Shown here piece by piece: positions 25,812 through 40,054 of a stretch of DNA of 64,000 bases. The position numbers and the translations under genes were made by a program. A model generated the notes under the pieces. The model was not told the origin of the DNA and ran no database searches. It saw only the letters and a program-made list of their open reading frames with translations. Position 1 is the first letter of the stretch, and every line of letters begins with the position of its first letter. Source of the stretch: Octopus sinensis (taxonomy: Eukaryota); assembly GCF_006345805.1 (NCBI RefSeq), contig NC_043021.1, forward strand, positions 28,458,001 through 28,522,000. The letters run 5' to 3'.

Positions 25812-26580
25812 GGTATTTCGTCTGCCGCTACTTTCTGAGTTCAAATTCCGCCGAGGTCAACTTTGTCTTTCATCCTTTCGTGGTCGATTAAATAAGTACC
25901 AGTTACGCACTGGGGTCGATACAATCGACTTAATCCCTTTGTCTGTTCTTGTTTGTCCTCTCTGTGTTTAGCCCCTTGTGGGTAGTAAAGAAATAGGTAT
26001 TTCGTCTGCCACTACGTTCTGAGTACAAATTCCGCCGAGGTCGACTTTGCCTTTCATCCTTTCGGGGTCGATAAATTAAGTACCAGTTGTGTATTGAGGT
26101 CGCTCTAATCGACTGGCTCCCTCCCCCAAATTTTCGGGCCTTGTACCTAGAGTAGAAAAGAATATATCTTACTCACAAGACGGCGAGTTGGCAGGATCGA
26201 TAGCACATTGAGAAAAAAACGGCATTTCAATCGTCTTAAGTTCAAATTCCACTCAGGTTGACCATGCCTTTCATCCTTTCGGGGTCGATAAAAAAAAGTG
26301 CGATTTGAGTACTGGCGTCAGTGTTATCGATTCTATCCATCCCCTTCGAAATGTTTGGCCTTGTGCCAAAATTTGAAACCAGTTTATCAATCACACATGG
26401 TGGTGAGCTGGAGGAATCGTTCGCACGCAGGGCAAAGCCATAGCAGCATTTCGCCCGTCTTTACAGAAATTCATCTTGTTCTATACGTTCTAGATCGATG
26501 AAATAAAGTACCAGTCAAGTACCGAAGTCGATGGAATAGTCTAATCCACTACTTCCGTATTCTAGATCTTGTAATTTTAT
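25812..26580 (+). mobile_element. Tandem cluster of four SINE units (25812-25995, 25996-26165, about 26175-26385, about 26395-26580)
   Basis: Repeated ggtatttcgtctgcc..gagttcaaattccgccgaggtc..tcatcctttcggggtcgat bodies with different tails. Confidence 0.85.
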
Positions 26581-27964
26581 CTGGAACCAATAAATTTATC
26601 GCACATACTTTATCCACCCTTATTTCGCTGGCGTGGTGATGAGACGCTGCTATCTCTACAACTCGAGTGTCCGTCATTAGCAAGACCAAATAAGGTTGAA
26701 ACTATATAATCTGGTGGTCTCAGCGCTAGCAGTGGCAGGGATTTATCACCCCGCCAGCAATATAGACAAGAGTACACTTTGCACCAAAAGCCAATATGAG
26801 AGTAAATATTGGAAAATGAAAATATCCATTGCCAAAATGATACTTGTTTTTCATTTATATCCGCATCCTCCTTCGGTAGCTGCTGTCGGTGGTGGTAGCG
26901 GTGGGAGATGCTTCCCTTTGAGTTATGCAGAAGCTACAAAACACAATAAACACTCTTCAGATTCTGAATCTCTCTAATCGATAACAGTAAACCCTAACCT
27001 CACACCTACAACGTAGTCAGTTTTCTGCTAGTGTAACGAATCAATAATGCATAGAATTTATTTCGGGTAGAAGAAAGGTGGAGTAAAAATTGGGTTCTCG
27101 GGTTGCATCATACAAGCGAATTAATTCCAGTTAATTAGTCAACCAAGCAAGAGAGAGAGAGAGAGAGAGAAGTAAGATAGAGAGGGACAGACAGACAGAG
27201 ACAGACAAAGAGGGGTTGAGAGATAGAAATACAGACATGCAAATAGAAAGGAGGGAAAAAGATCGGGTGGGGAAGGGGAAGAAGAAAATGGGAAGGGAAT
27301 GGTGAAGGAGAAAGGGAGAGCGGAGGAGAGGAGGATAGAAAGAGAGAAAGAAGAAAAATGGAGACAGGGAAAGAGAGAAAAGAGAGAGAGAGAGAGGGGT
27401 GTGAGAAAAAGAGGAGAGCGAAAGAGACAAAGAAGCAATGAATGGTACAATGACCGACCTGGAAGCGTTTTAGAGTTTCTTAAGTCATCAGTTTCCTTGG
27501 GAATAAACCAAAAAAAAAAAGTGTCTTGTAGGTAACTGAAACTGTTAAAAATAAAGAAGAGCCAAATCTCCCTCAAATCGACCCCTACTCTGTTACCGAA
27601 AAACTATTCGTTTGGATAATATTTACAGAATTACTGGGAAAATATTGAATGGGAGCCGCCGATGTGGCTCCGTGGTTAAGAAATTTGCCTCGCTCATATG
27701 TGTTTGGGGTTCGGTTCTTCTACCCAGCACTCTCAGCAAATGCTTACTACTATAAACCCTACTCGACCAATGTAAGGGAATCTAATGAGCGAAAACTGTA
27801 CAGAAGCCCGTCATATATGTATGTGTGAGAGTTAGTGTGTATGTGCGTACGCGTGTGTATATGTCCCTCTTCTTGGTAACGGAGTTTGCTTTGTTTAAAG
27901 TGATCGTAAAGTAGCGGTTCGTCAAAACAAACTGATAGAATAAGCACCACATTTAAAAGTAAGT

Positions 27965-28195
27965 ACGTTACTCCTCCCGAAAGTAAAGAAAAGTGCGACT
28001 GTTATCGAATGAACAATATTTCGACAATATTTCGTGTCTTCCACAGTCGCACTCTTCTTATTGTTTCTTTACCTTGGGAGGAGTAACGTCAATCCTTAAA
28101 TATTACCAAAATGAAGGAGATTGAGATGTTTATTTTGAACTTGTGGAAGACACACGATGTGTAGAAATATTGTTCATTCGATAACAGTCGCACTC
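27965..28195. repeat. Nested inverted-repeat module
   Basis: 27965-27978 / 28076-28089, 27992-28022 / 28164-28194 and 28033-28045 / 28142-28156 are inverted pairs. Confidence 0.85.
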
Positions 28196-28223
28196 TCTTC
28201 TTCTTCTTCTTCTTCTTCTTCTT

Positions 28224-29780
<1,557 letters not shown>

Positions 29781-29788
29781 TTATTATT

Positions 29789-30335
29789 GAGTGAGTGAGA
29801 GAGCAGTGCATGCCATCAAAGTGACACTGGGGTAAAATATACGAAGCCGAGTATACCCATCATGATTACCCGTCTGATAAGGGTACATGCATCACAACCT
29901 TATGTGCGCGACATGGTGATCTCATATCAAGATAAACAGCGCATGACCTTGAAGGTGGGGCCCAGTTAGAATTTGCTTCAGGTCGAGTAGCCCATCCCGC
30001 TCGAAAGTTCCTGAATAAGGGTTGTTTAAGGATGTTGAACGAAACACCCATGTTTCCAGGGGTGAATTATTCAAACCCCAAAGAATCCCTCTCAACACAT
30101 GGCTATGATGCTCCCCCACTACTTCTGCTCGTGATCACAGAAGCACATATCGTCAACCACTAAGGGACATGGTCAACTGGTTACGGTCAAACAACTGACA
30201 AGCAAATCTGTGGTATTTAGCAGAATATTTGCTGTAGCCCATCTTTTATACCAAGACAAAACAATGTACATGATAACACTTCCAATCAGTTAGGATCGGA
30301 AGCCATGAGAGCCACTGCCTGGTACTACATCAGGG
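29789..30335 (-). mobile_element. Unclassified ~550-bp non-coding retro-element-like segment with (AAT)n tail
   Basis: Complex sequence with no ORF, ending ctctcactcactc(aat)n on the minus strand; resembles an abundant octopus repeat from memory only. Confidence 0.4.
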
Positions 30336-31125
30336 CAGTTCGGGCCGGGGCCCATGGATAACTTCCAGAGGTTCCTCACCTGGCAGTGCTACCGAGTAGC
30401 GCTGCCTGTTCAAGATAAACTCTACCGGCACGTAAGTGCCGTCAACCGGGCCTGCCCGAGGTGCTGCCAGGACGGCGAAACTTTTCTGCACGCACTCGTC
30501 CACTGCCCGAGTATTGCTGACCTCTGGGTTTATGTCCAACAGCTACTGTCACGTATAGAACGAATCCGGCTATCAGCTGAATCCATAGGGAAGATTGCCT
30601 CGCCAAACTCCTTTAACCGGGAGGGCAAGGCAATTTTTCTTTGTCTAGTGGCTGTAGCGAAGAGGTGATATGGTGGACCCGTTTGAAAGGGCTAAGGCCA
30701 GACGCTTTCCTCTTTGGCCAAGGCTTCATCAATTTTTTCAAGTTACACTTGAAAAGGAAGATGAGAATAGAGAGGGAAGTGCTGTCTCGTAGCAAATTTA
30801 TTGAAAGGTGGGTGAATGTCGGAAGAATGGCCAGTATGAACGGAACAATTCTGAGGATGCACCTGTAAAAAAAAGGTAATATAAAAGAAGAAAGGGGATC
30901 TCTACCCACTTTTGACCAGGCTCCCGTGGCTTTTATGGGTTTTTCCACGAGTAACCTTTCGAAGCGCCACGCCCTATTGGGAGTTTTTACTTATATTTTC
31001 GTTGTTTTCTTGCATTTTTACACGGACTTTTCAAACGGACAAAACCCTTTTTGTAACTTTCGTCCTGTATTTTGTCCTTACATGTTTTATTTGATTTTTG
31101 TTAGCCCTTTTGGCCAATAAACGAA
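30336..31125 (+). mobile_element. Tx1-clade LINE 3' fragment (second subfamily)
   Basis: DNFQRFLTWQCYRVALPV..CPRCCQDGETFLHALVHC is homologous to 24890-25060; ends gttagcccttttggccaataaa + (ATT)n. Confidence 0.85.
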
Positions 31126-31128
31126 TTA

Positions 31129-31166
<38 letters not shown>

Positions 31167-31747
31167 AGCGGCGAGCACGGCTGGCAAAACGTTTAGAATC
31201 ATTTCGTCCGTCTTCACGTTCTGAGTTTAAATTCCATTGACTTTACCTTTTATCCTTTCGGGTCGATAAAATAAGTACCAGCTGAATACTGGGGTCGATG
31301 TAATCGACTAAGCCCATCCCCCTAAATTGCTGACCTTGTGCCAAAATTTGAAAGCATTATTATTATCAGTGTGGCTGTCGTCGTTGTTGTTTTTGTTCTT
31401 GTTGCTGTTGTTGTTTATTATGGTGACCATCACCACCATTGGCCTTATCATCATCAAGGGCAAATATAATTCATCGAGCAGCAGTGGTGGAAATGCTAAA
31501 TGTGCACTTTCAACCGCATGCGAACTGAAAATCCGTCGTCACCGATACAGGAAAACAATGACTGAAAAATTACTGGTGTGGCAGTTATGAGGACAGCTGA
31601 ATAGAAATTCAGTATGTTAGATCAAAGTAGCAATCAGTGTGTCATACTTAATTCAAACGCATCACGGAAAGCCAACTGCTGTATTCATCCGGACATAATA
31701 TCTCTTATGGACGTATTGTGTTAAATGACGTAGAACTATTAGAATAG

Positions 31748-32080
31748 TTATGAGAGCTCAAAATCTCTCGTGGAAGCGCCATCCAACCAAAGTACAAATA
31801 TATGGGAAACTACCACCTGTGTCATCTCTTGTGAAAGGTAGAAGAGTCCAGTTTGCTGGACTTTGTTGTAGAGCTGAAAACGAGGCAATTTCTATTCTTC
31901 TCCTCTGGAAGCCATCTACTCGCGATACCAGAGGGCGTACACTCTCCTACCCTGATGTAATCTCCAGGGATACAGGCATCCAGCAACAGGACCTCCGTAA
32001 TGCTATTTTGGACCGTGAAGTCTGGCGTAGCATAGTAAATTCCTTTGTCTCGACCACGGTCGAACAATGATGATGATGAC
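31748..32080 (+). mobile_element. RTE-clade LINE 3' fragment with (TGA)n tail
   Basis: MRAQNLSWKRHP..RRVQFAG.C.RA..LLLWKP..GRTLSYPDVI..DREVWR. Confidence 0.85.
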
Positions 32081-32278
32081 AGTAGCAGAAGAAATACTTA
32101 TTTCTTCTCGTTCTGTATTGTACGGCTACGCCTCAGTCCATTGCTGAGCGACTGCACTAACGTGAACGTTTTACCAACTGAAGAGGTTGCTAACCCTTTG
32201 GCGAAACTTTCAGTAAAGTGACTTCGTGAATTTTCACCCAACAGATTCACAACAAAACGAAGCAGATTTCGAGGAATA

Positions 32279-32310
<32 letters not shown>

Positions 32311-33514
32311 AAAGAAGGAAAGAAAAAAGAAGGAAAAACGAGAAAGATATGAGAGGGATATAGAATGACAAATAAGGGTTGTGAGGAAGAAGGAAAAGTG
32401 ACCGAGTCCAGTACTAATTTTACCGACCCTATAGAGATAAAGATTGAAGCTGATCTCAATGAGATTTGAATTTGAACTCAGAGCGCCGAACGCCTGGGCA
32501 AATACCGTGAGATACATCTTTTTGCCATTTTAACTCTGTCAGAACTCATTATAATATAACAAACAGTAAAAGCTCTTGAGATTTCTACGAAATATACGTA
32601 AGTCAAATGTAATTTACTTACACAATGTAACCCCTAAACTTTTCCCCAGTTAACTCCGCAAGCTTTATTCTGATCGGTGTATTAACGTAACAACTCTATG
32701 TGTCATTTTAAAAATCAACAACAGCCGAAATCTCACAACAGCCGAAACCTTAATAACGTCAAAAACCACTCAAAGGATATGTTACATGCGATACGCTTTT
32801 GTGAATTGATATACTTGCTGGATATCCCAAAGGATATCAGTTCAGTTTACTTCATTATCGTATGATTGATGTGTTCTTTGATTCTGCAATGTTCTGCTAT
32901 TCAGGTGGTGGCGCTTTGTTCAGTATTTAGAATTGCCATGAAAAAAAAGAAAGAGAAGAACATAGCCTGAACATTGGTTCATAGAAAATGTGACATGACA
33001 TCTTCATTGATTGGAATCTAATATTCCTCGTCCGGTTCTCCTTCTAAAGATTCTATCTTCAATAATTCATGGAAGATGCGTTGTGTAGAGTACAGTTGAA
33101 GTATATTACAGTTCATTAATGCACTTGGTTGCAGCAGCCTGCTGGGATATATCCAGCGAACATTCTTACTGCACTCGTAAAGGTCTTACACATTTATACA
33201 TGCACAGTGTGTGTATTTATAATAAAAACAATGAGATTGATGATGATGATGATGATGATGATAACAATAATTATTTCAAATTTTGCACAAAGCCAGCAAT
33301 TTGGGGGAGAGAGGCTAAGTCGATTACATCGACCCCAAGTGCTCAACTGGTAATTATTTAATCAAGAATTTGAACTCAGAATGTAAGGACGGGCAAAATG
33401 CCGCTAAACATTATGCCCGGCGTGCTGACAATTCTGCCAGTTCGCCTAATAATAGCAATAATAATAATAATAATAATAACAATAATAATAATAGTAATAC
33501 TAATAGTAATAATA

Positions 33515-33565
<51 letters not shown>

Positions 33566-33807
33566 TAATAATGATAATAATAATAATAATAATACTGAGT
33601 CGCATGAGTACTGGAGTGGGAGAAATGTAAGATTTTGTGGGATTTTCTTATTCAAAAGGACAAGAAGTTATAAAATAATAGATCAGACAATTATAGATAG
33701 GATGCGAAGTTGCTTACTGATCGACCCATAATGCACGTTTGATCCCAGGATCGTGAAGTAAGAGGACAAAAAGCAAAAAAAAAAAAAAGAAAAAAAATTA
33801 CAATACC

Positions 33808-34445
33808 CTAAAATTTGAAAAAGGAAGAATTTGGAGTATAAGAACCGTAACGGTCTTGCCCGTAATAATTGGTGCGCTGGGAACAGTAAGCAACGATATA
33901 GAGAAATGGCTGAACGGAGATTGGAATAGAATGCCCAGTGGTGCTCCTACAGAAAGTTTGTCTTTTAGAGACAGCAAGGATTATCAGGAGGATTCTAAGC
34001 ACTTGAAAGGCAACTGAAAACTTGTGGCTTTCTAAGGTTACAGGCATTTAACCTGCTACCCACAGGAATAAGACAGAACCTGAGCCAAACCAGAATAATG
34101 ATTGAGGATAAAAACAAAACAAAACAAAAAAAGAAAAAGGCAATGCTTTAAAATTTGAAATTTCCTGTATTTGGAAAATGAAAACTGTGAAGGTTGCGCT
34201 TGTAATGATTGATGCATTGAGAACTATGAGTAAAAACATGGAGACATGGTTGAAGGTACTTGGAATAGACTCTGTGGTAGAACTCCTGCAGAGATTTTGG
34301 GTCATAGGAACAGGAAGCATTATTAGGGGTGCGCTTGAAAGACTCTTAAAACTTGTGGATACCTAAGGTTACAAATAGTAACCCGTTACCCACATAAATT
34401 CTACCAGGAATAACAGTGAACCTGTGTCAAATCACCAATAATAAT
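33808..34445 (+). mobile_element. Two tandem, mutually diverged R4/Dong-clade 3' fragments (about 33808-34110 and 34155-34445)
   Basis: RIWSIRTVTVLPVIIGALG..LLQKVCLLETARIIRRIL and IWKMKTVKV..VELLQR..GTGSIIR; similar 3' UTRs; (AAT)n tail after the second. Confidence 0.7.
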
Positions 34446-34463
34446 AATAATGTTAATTATAAT

Positions 34464-34499
<36 letters not shown>

Positions 34500-34799
34500 A
34501 ACAATAATAATAATAATTAGGTGTCTGATTGTAACCCGGGTGATCACCTCATCAGTACTTCATGTAAGAACCAGGCGAACGTAGTCATGCAATAACATAG
34601 GAAGATCAGTTATGTTTTTAAAACTGATCCAAAGAGGAACTTCGCGAATACAAGGTCTGATAGAGTAGCCCAGGGTCAATAATCTGACAGGGTCAATAAT
34701 AAGTGATTTGACTGAAGAAAAGAGAGGTTCAACCAATGATCCGATCGTTCCCGTAAACGGACGGTGTTTATTCCATACCATAAGTTCTGCAATACATGC

Positions 34800-34911
<112 letters not shown>

Positions 34912-35032
34912 GAGTGAGAGAGAGTGAGTGAGTGAGAGAGAGAGTGAGTGAGTGAGAGAGGATAGGTAGATAGATAAGATTAGAAAATATGGCTATCGTA
35001 ATTTATAGATACATATACCTATATATTTGTGA

Positions 35033-35071
<39 letters not shown>

Positions 35072-35074
35072 TAT

Positions 35075-36460
35075 GTAGAATGCCTAAAGAAAGGAGGAGT
35101 GACAGTGATTGAATGGTTGGTGAGGCTTATGAATGTTTGTTATATGACTGGAAGAATAGCAAAGGACTGGTGCAGAGCCTGTATAGTGCCACTTTTCAAG
35201 GGGAAAAGGGATGAATGCGAGTTTGGAGATTTTAGAGGTGCCTCTGTTGTGTGTGGTTGGTAAAGTGTAAGGGTGAGGAACAAGACAGATAGTTTACTGG
35301 GGGAGGAGGAGGAGTGTGGTTTTAGGAGTGGAAAGGGGATATAGAGATCAAATATTTGTAGTAAGAGAGATGTGTGAACAGTTTTCAGCAAAAGCAAGTG
35401 AGATGTATTGGGCTTTTATGGACTTAGAGAAGGCATGTGACCGAGTGGATAGGGATGCAATATGATAGGGGTTGCGGTTGTATGGAGTAGACTGTTGAGA
35501 GCTGTTGAGAGATTTTGTAGAGAAAGAAGGGCGTGCGTTAGGGAGGGTGGTGAAGTGATTGGTTTGATGTGAAGGTGGATTTAACACAGGGTTGTGCAAT
35601 GTCTTCACGCCTGTTTAATTTCTATATGGATGGTGTGGTGAGAGAGGTAAATGCTAAACCCTTGGTAGGGGAGCCCCAATGAAGGGAGAAAATGGAGAGA
35701 AATGACAGGTGAGTCAGTTGCTGTTTGCTGATGATACAACACTGGTGGCGAATTGGTAAGAGCAACTGAGGGGAGTAGTGATAGAGTTTTAGAAGATTGT
35801 GTGAGAAGGGGTGAAAGTGAATGTAGCTAAGAGTAAGGTGATAAGATGTTCGAGAGATGGAATGGCTGGTACGATGGATGTGAGTAGAAATGGTGAGATG
35901 CTAGGGGAGGTAAGTGTTTTTAAGTGTGACGGCGGATGGGGCGATGGTGACTGAGGAGGTGGGATACAGAGTGAGGGAAGAGAATAAGACAATTGGAGTT
36001 GTGAAAGGTATGCTGAAAGATAAAATGTTGAGTATGCAAGCGAAAAGAGGTGTGTATGGGGGGCGCTTTGTGTCGACAATGTTATATGGTGGCAGAGCCG
36101 TGGTGGCTGAGAGAGAGGGAACGGAGGCGACTAGTTGCGTTTGAGATGAGTTGTTTGAGAGCTACGGTTGGTGTGACAAGGATGGACAGGATGAGGAATG
36201 AGGAGGTACGAAGACGATTAGGAATGAGAGAAAAACTAACACCCAAATTGGATAAACGAATGTTGACGTGGTTTGACGTGGTTTGGAGAGGAAGGTAAGG
36301 AGGGTGATGGAGGCTGAAGTGGCAGACCTCGGTTTGTGTGGATGGACGGAGTGAAGAAAGCTTTGGTGGTCAGAGGTGTTGGAGTGAGAGAGGTAAGAGA
36401 GTTTATAAATGATAGGAAAGTTTGGAGAGTATTTGTGGACGAATGAGTGAATTTTGATGT
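35075..36460 (+). mobile_element. RTE-clade LINE RT relic (different family from 31748 and 42400)
   Basis: ECLKKGG..WLVRL..CIVPLFKGK..FMDLEKA.DRVDR..QGCAMS..LFN.YMDGV..LLFADDT..RMDRMRNEEVR; many stops and frameshifts. Confidence 0.85.
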
Positions 36461-37200
36461 TGCTCAAAGGCGTACGGAGCCAGCATGATGCGGCGGGGGT
36501 AAACAAGCATATGCTGTCGGGCCCCGCTGCTGATACTGGGGGTTGCGCTCTATGCCTTGACCCGAGCATAGAACGGGACTCGCCCCTTTGAGCAGGAAAA
36601 TGAACGGAATGCGTTGTGTGTGTCTTGCTGTGGATACTCCCTCCTACAAAAATGGAAAATACCTATGTATTTGCAAAGCTACAATCATACGAGAAGTCAA
36701 GAAAAGAACAACGGCAAAATGGCATATAAAGAAACGTTTTTTGTTTTCATTAACAATCCAGCCTATAAATACAATATGTATTTCTTATCAAATGAGCCAT
36801 CCTTTCCAATGGAGATTTCAAATGGAGTAACAGTCTTGGAATCTTGGTGCAAAATTTTGTCACGTTTGAAGTGTTAGAAAACCTGTTCCTTCTTGAAGTG
36901 TTTGGAGCTGTCTCTTGGGTTTCTGACATCAGCTGCACATCTTTAACACGTCCCTGCATAATGTATTACATTTTGTGAAAAGCTAGTCAGTGACTATGAA
37001 GAAAGAATGTGGAAATGGTAAAATAAAGCATTAAAGAATATTTCACGTTGTTTTAGCTTCGTTAGTAAACAAGAATTCATCTCATTTTCAATATTGTTAT
37101 TTATTTACACCTTTTTTAAAACATGCAAGCAAGCACAGAATCAAATACACAGAAACACAAAACAACACACACACATGTATATATATATAATATATATTAT

Positions 37201-37272
<72 letters not shown>

Positions 37273-37757
37273 GGTGTGTGGTATGTATATGTATATATGA
37301 TGAACTCTCCAGTCGAAGACGACGTATAAGAGTTCAGGGATTGCCGAAGTATAGAGGCACATAGCCTAGTGGTTAGAGCAGCGGACTCGTGGTCGTGGGA
37401 TCGCGGCTTCAAATCTCAGACCGGGCGATGCGTGTGTTTATAAGCGAAATATCAAAGCTGCATGCGGCTCCGGCAGAAAGTAATGGCGAACTTCTGATGA
37501 CTCTTTCGCCACAACTTTCTCTCCTCATTCCTCCTGAATCTAGCAGCGCACCTTCGACGGACCGGCGTCCCGTCCAGGTGGGGAACCTATACGCCAAGGA
37601 AACCGGGAAACCGGCCCTTATGGGCCAGGCATGGCTCGACAAGGAACAAACAATAACAACAGCAACAACGACAATTTCCGAAAGACCTATACAACTGATT
37701 TGTTTGTAGTGATCAAACGTTTGTGCCACAACTCCATCACTGCCTACATCGAATTAG

Positions 37758-37794
<37 letters not shown>

Positions 37795-38102
37795 CACACA
37801 CACAAACACACACACACACGTATATATGTTTGTGGTCTCTCTCCCCGCACCATTGCTTGACAACCGATGTTGGTGTGTCTACACCCCAGTAACATAGCGG
37901 TTCGGCATAAGATACTGATAGGATAAGTACTAGGTTTACAAAAAATAAGTCCTGGGGTCGATTTGTTCGACTAAAGGCGGTACTCCAGCATGGCTGCCGT
38001 CGAATGATTGAAACAGGTAGAATATAATAAAAGAATAAATAAATAATACATATATATCTATATATATATATATATATAATTATATAATATATATATACAA
38101 AT

Positions 38103-38460
38103 ATAAACAAGAGCAAAAGAAAATTATTTCTACGCCAATATGCTGATAACAGACTTTTAAATCGTCGATTTCCACATATTATTATACCCACTACAGAATT
38201 ACGTTGTGCTGGAATCGAGGAAAGCTAGCCAGCAGAATTTTTTTTTAAAGTTCGTTATTTCTATATTGAATCAATTTCGGAATTAATCTCATAATAGATT
38301 TTTTCCTCTCAGTAGAAAATATGAATAGAAATACTTACATGCGCCCATGGAAAAAAGAGCAGAAAAAAAGTGGGTATATAATAATATGTGGAAATTGAGG
38401 ATTTAAAAGTCTGTTATCAGCATATTGGCGTAGAAATAATTTTCTTTTGCTCTTGTTTAT
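38103..38460. repeat. Fold-back module: about 90-bp arms (38103-38192 / 38370-38460), about 177-bp spacer
   Basis: Arms differ by 2 substitutions and a 2-bp indel. Confidence 0.93.
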
Positions 38461-38582
38461 AAGTTGTTTATAATTTTAACCTGTAAAGGTATTTTAATAT
38501 GGTGCCATTTTTTTATGAAATGTTTTCTGTAAGAAAACTTCATTGTATATTAGTTAGTAGTAGTAGTAGTAGTAGTAGTAGG

Positions 38583-38613
<31 letters not shown>

Positions 38614-38941
38614 TTGTTGCTAAGATAGAGAGACGGATGGCACTGCCTATGACAAGGACAAAAGGGATCATGTGATCATTCTAACACGTCACAGCACTGT
38701 TCTCTATTCCAGAGCAGCCTGCTGTTCAGGCGCAGCTGTGACTATGTCGTAAGGAGTTTCCTTCTCAGCTACATGGCTCCAGATTCTCTCCCACAACGTG
38801 ACACCTTGAGCAAGTATCTTCTACTCTGGTCCGGGCTTGATGAACTTTGTAAATGTATTTGGTAAACAGAGGCTGGAAGAAGCTTGTCATGTGCCCCAAA
38901 GTAAACCTGTTCTAATTGAACTCAACCTTTCTAGTATATAT

Positions 38942-39020
<79 letters not shown>

Positions 39021-39028
39021 ATATAATA

Positions 39029-39465
39029 AAACGTTTAAATATTTGTTGTGCAAGATTTTTTATGTGAAGTCGTGTGTTGAAACAGATATTGTTATATTTC
39101 GGAATGGTCATTTTGCCAGTTTAGCCAATAAAAACACACGCACTATATATTTGGTGTTATTTTGCTTCAATGTTATTTATTTTTTACATTAATCTTAATC
39201 TTATTTCGGCCAGATAGAGATTTAAGCATGCACAAATGAAGACATACAATAGAAATACAAAATGGCTGACGGTTAGTAAGGAAAGACACAAATAAGTGAG
39301 AAGAAAACAAAGGACCACTGATGTGGTCACAGGAGTGTGACAAAAGAACTCTGGCCGAAATAAGATTAAGATTAATGTAAAAAATAAATAAAAAAGCAAA
39401 GTAACACCAAATATATAGTGCGTGTGTTTTATTGCTAAACTGGCAAAATGACCATTCCGAAATAT

Positions 39466-39473
<8 letters not shown>
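39029..39473. mobile_element. Hammerhead-bearing module with inverted duplication (39029-39214 inverted; 39215-39473 direct)
   Basis: 39086-39214 is the reverse complement of 39350-39473; the whole module is homologous to 47116-47434. Confidence 0.85.
39312..39356 (+). ncRNA. Hammerhead-like motif, decayed copy
   Basis: ggacca-CTGATGT-g-GTCAC-aggagt-GTGAC-AAAA-gaac-TC-tggcc; differs from the 47213 copy at two CpG sites in the core. Confidence 0.35.
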
Positions 39474-39505
<32 letters not shown>

Positions 39506-39939
39506 TATATTATACACACAATAAATCACAATATATGTAATATAATATATATATAACATAATGTATGTAATATATATAATATATATTATATATATATAAT
39601 ATATATGTGTGTGTTGTGTGTGTTGTGCGTGTGTGTTTGTGTGTGTGGTGTGTGTCTCTGACAACTGATGCTGGTGTGCTTACGTTTCCGTAACATTAGC
39701 GGTTTGGCAAAAAGAAACCGATAGCATAAGTACTAGGCTTACAAAGAATAAGTCCTGGGGCGATTTGCTCGACTAGAGGCGGTGCTCCAGCGTGGTAGCT
39801 GTCAAATGACTGAAACAAATAAAAGAATACACGCAGACATGCATGCACATATATGTATGTTTGAGTGCATTCGTATACATAGACATACATGCATATAGAA
39901 ATAATTCCTATATACATCTACACTACATATGCATACACA

Positions 39940-40041
<102 letters not shown>

Positions 40042-40054
40042 ATATATATATATA

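Noticed and set aside
27470-27495. CTGATGA-cttaa-GAAAC (minus) as a hammerhead
   Set aside because: No stem II possible in 5 nt; likely chance.
29930-30020. HDV-like ribozyme in the unclassified element
   Set aside because: A CUAA J4/2-like motif exists, but I could not assign P3/L3/P1.1; a simple hairpin explains the pairing.
32178-32213. CTGAAGA..GAAAC as an intact hammerhead
   Set aside because: Core boxes are correct but stem II pairs poorly and stems I/III are not recoverable; kept only as weak support in the main finding.
34525-34560. CTGATGA-GGTGATCACC (minus) as a hammerhead
   Set aside because: Stem II is plausible but GAAA is replaced by GGGT; at best a dead relic.
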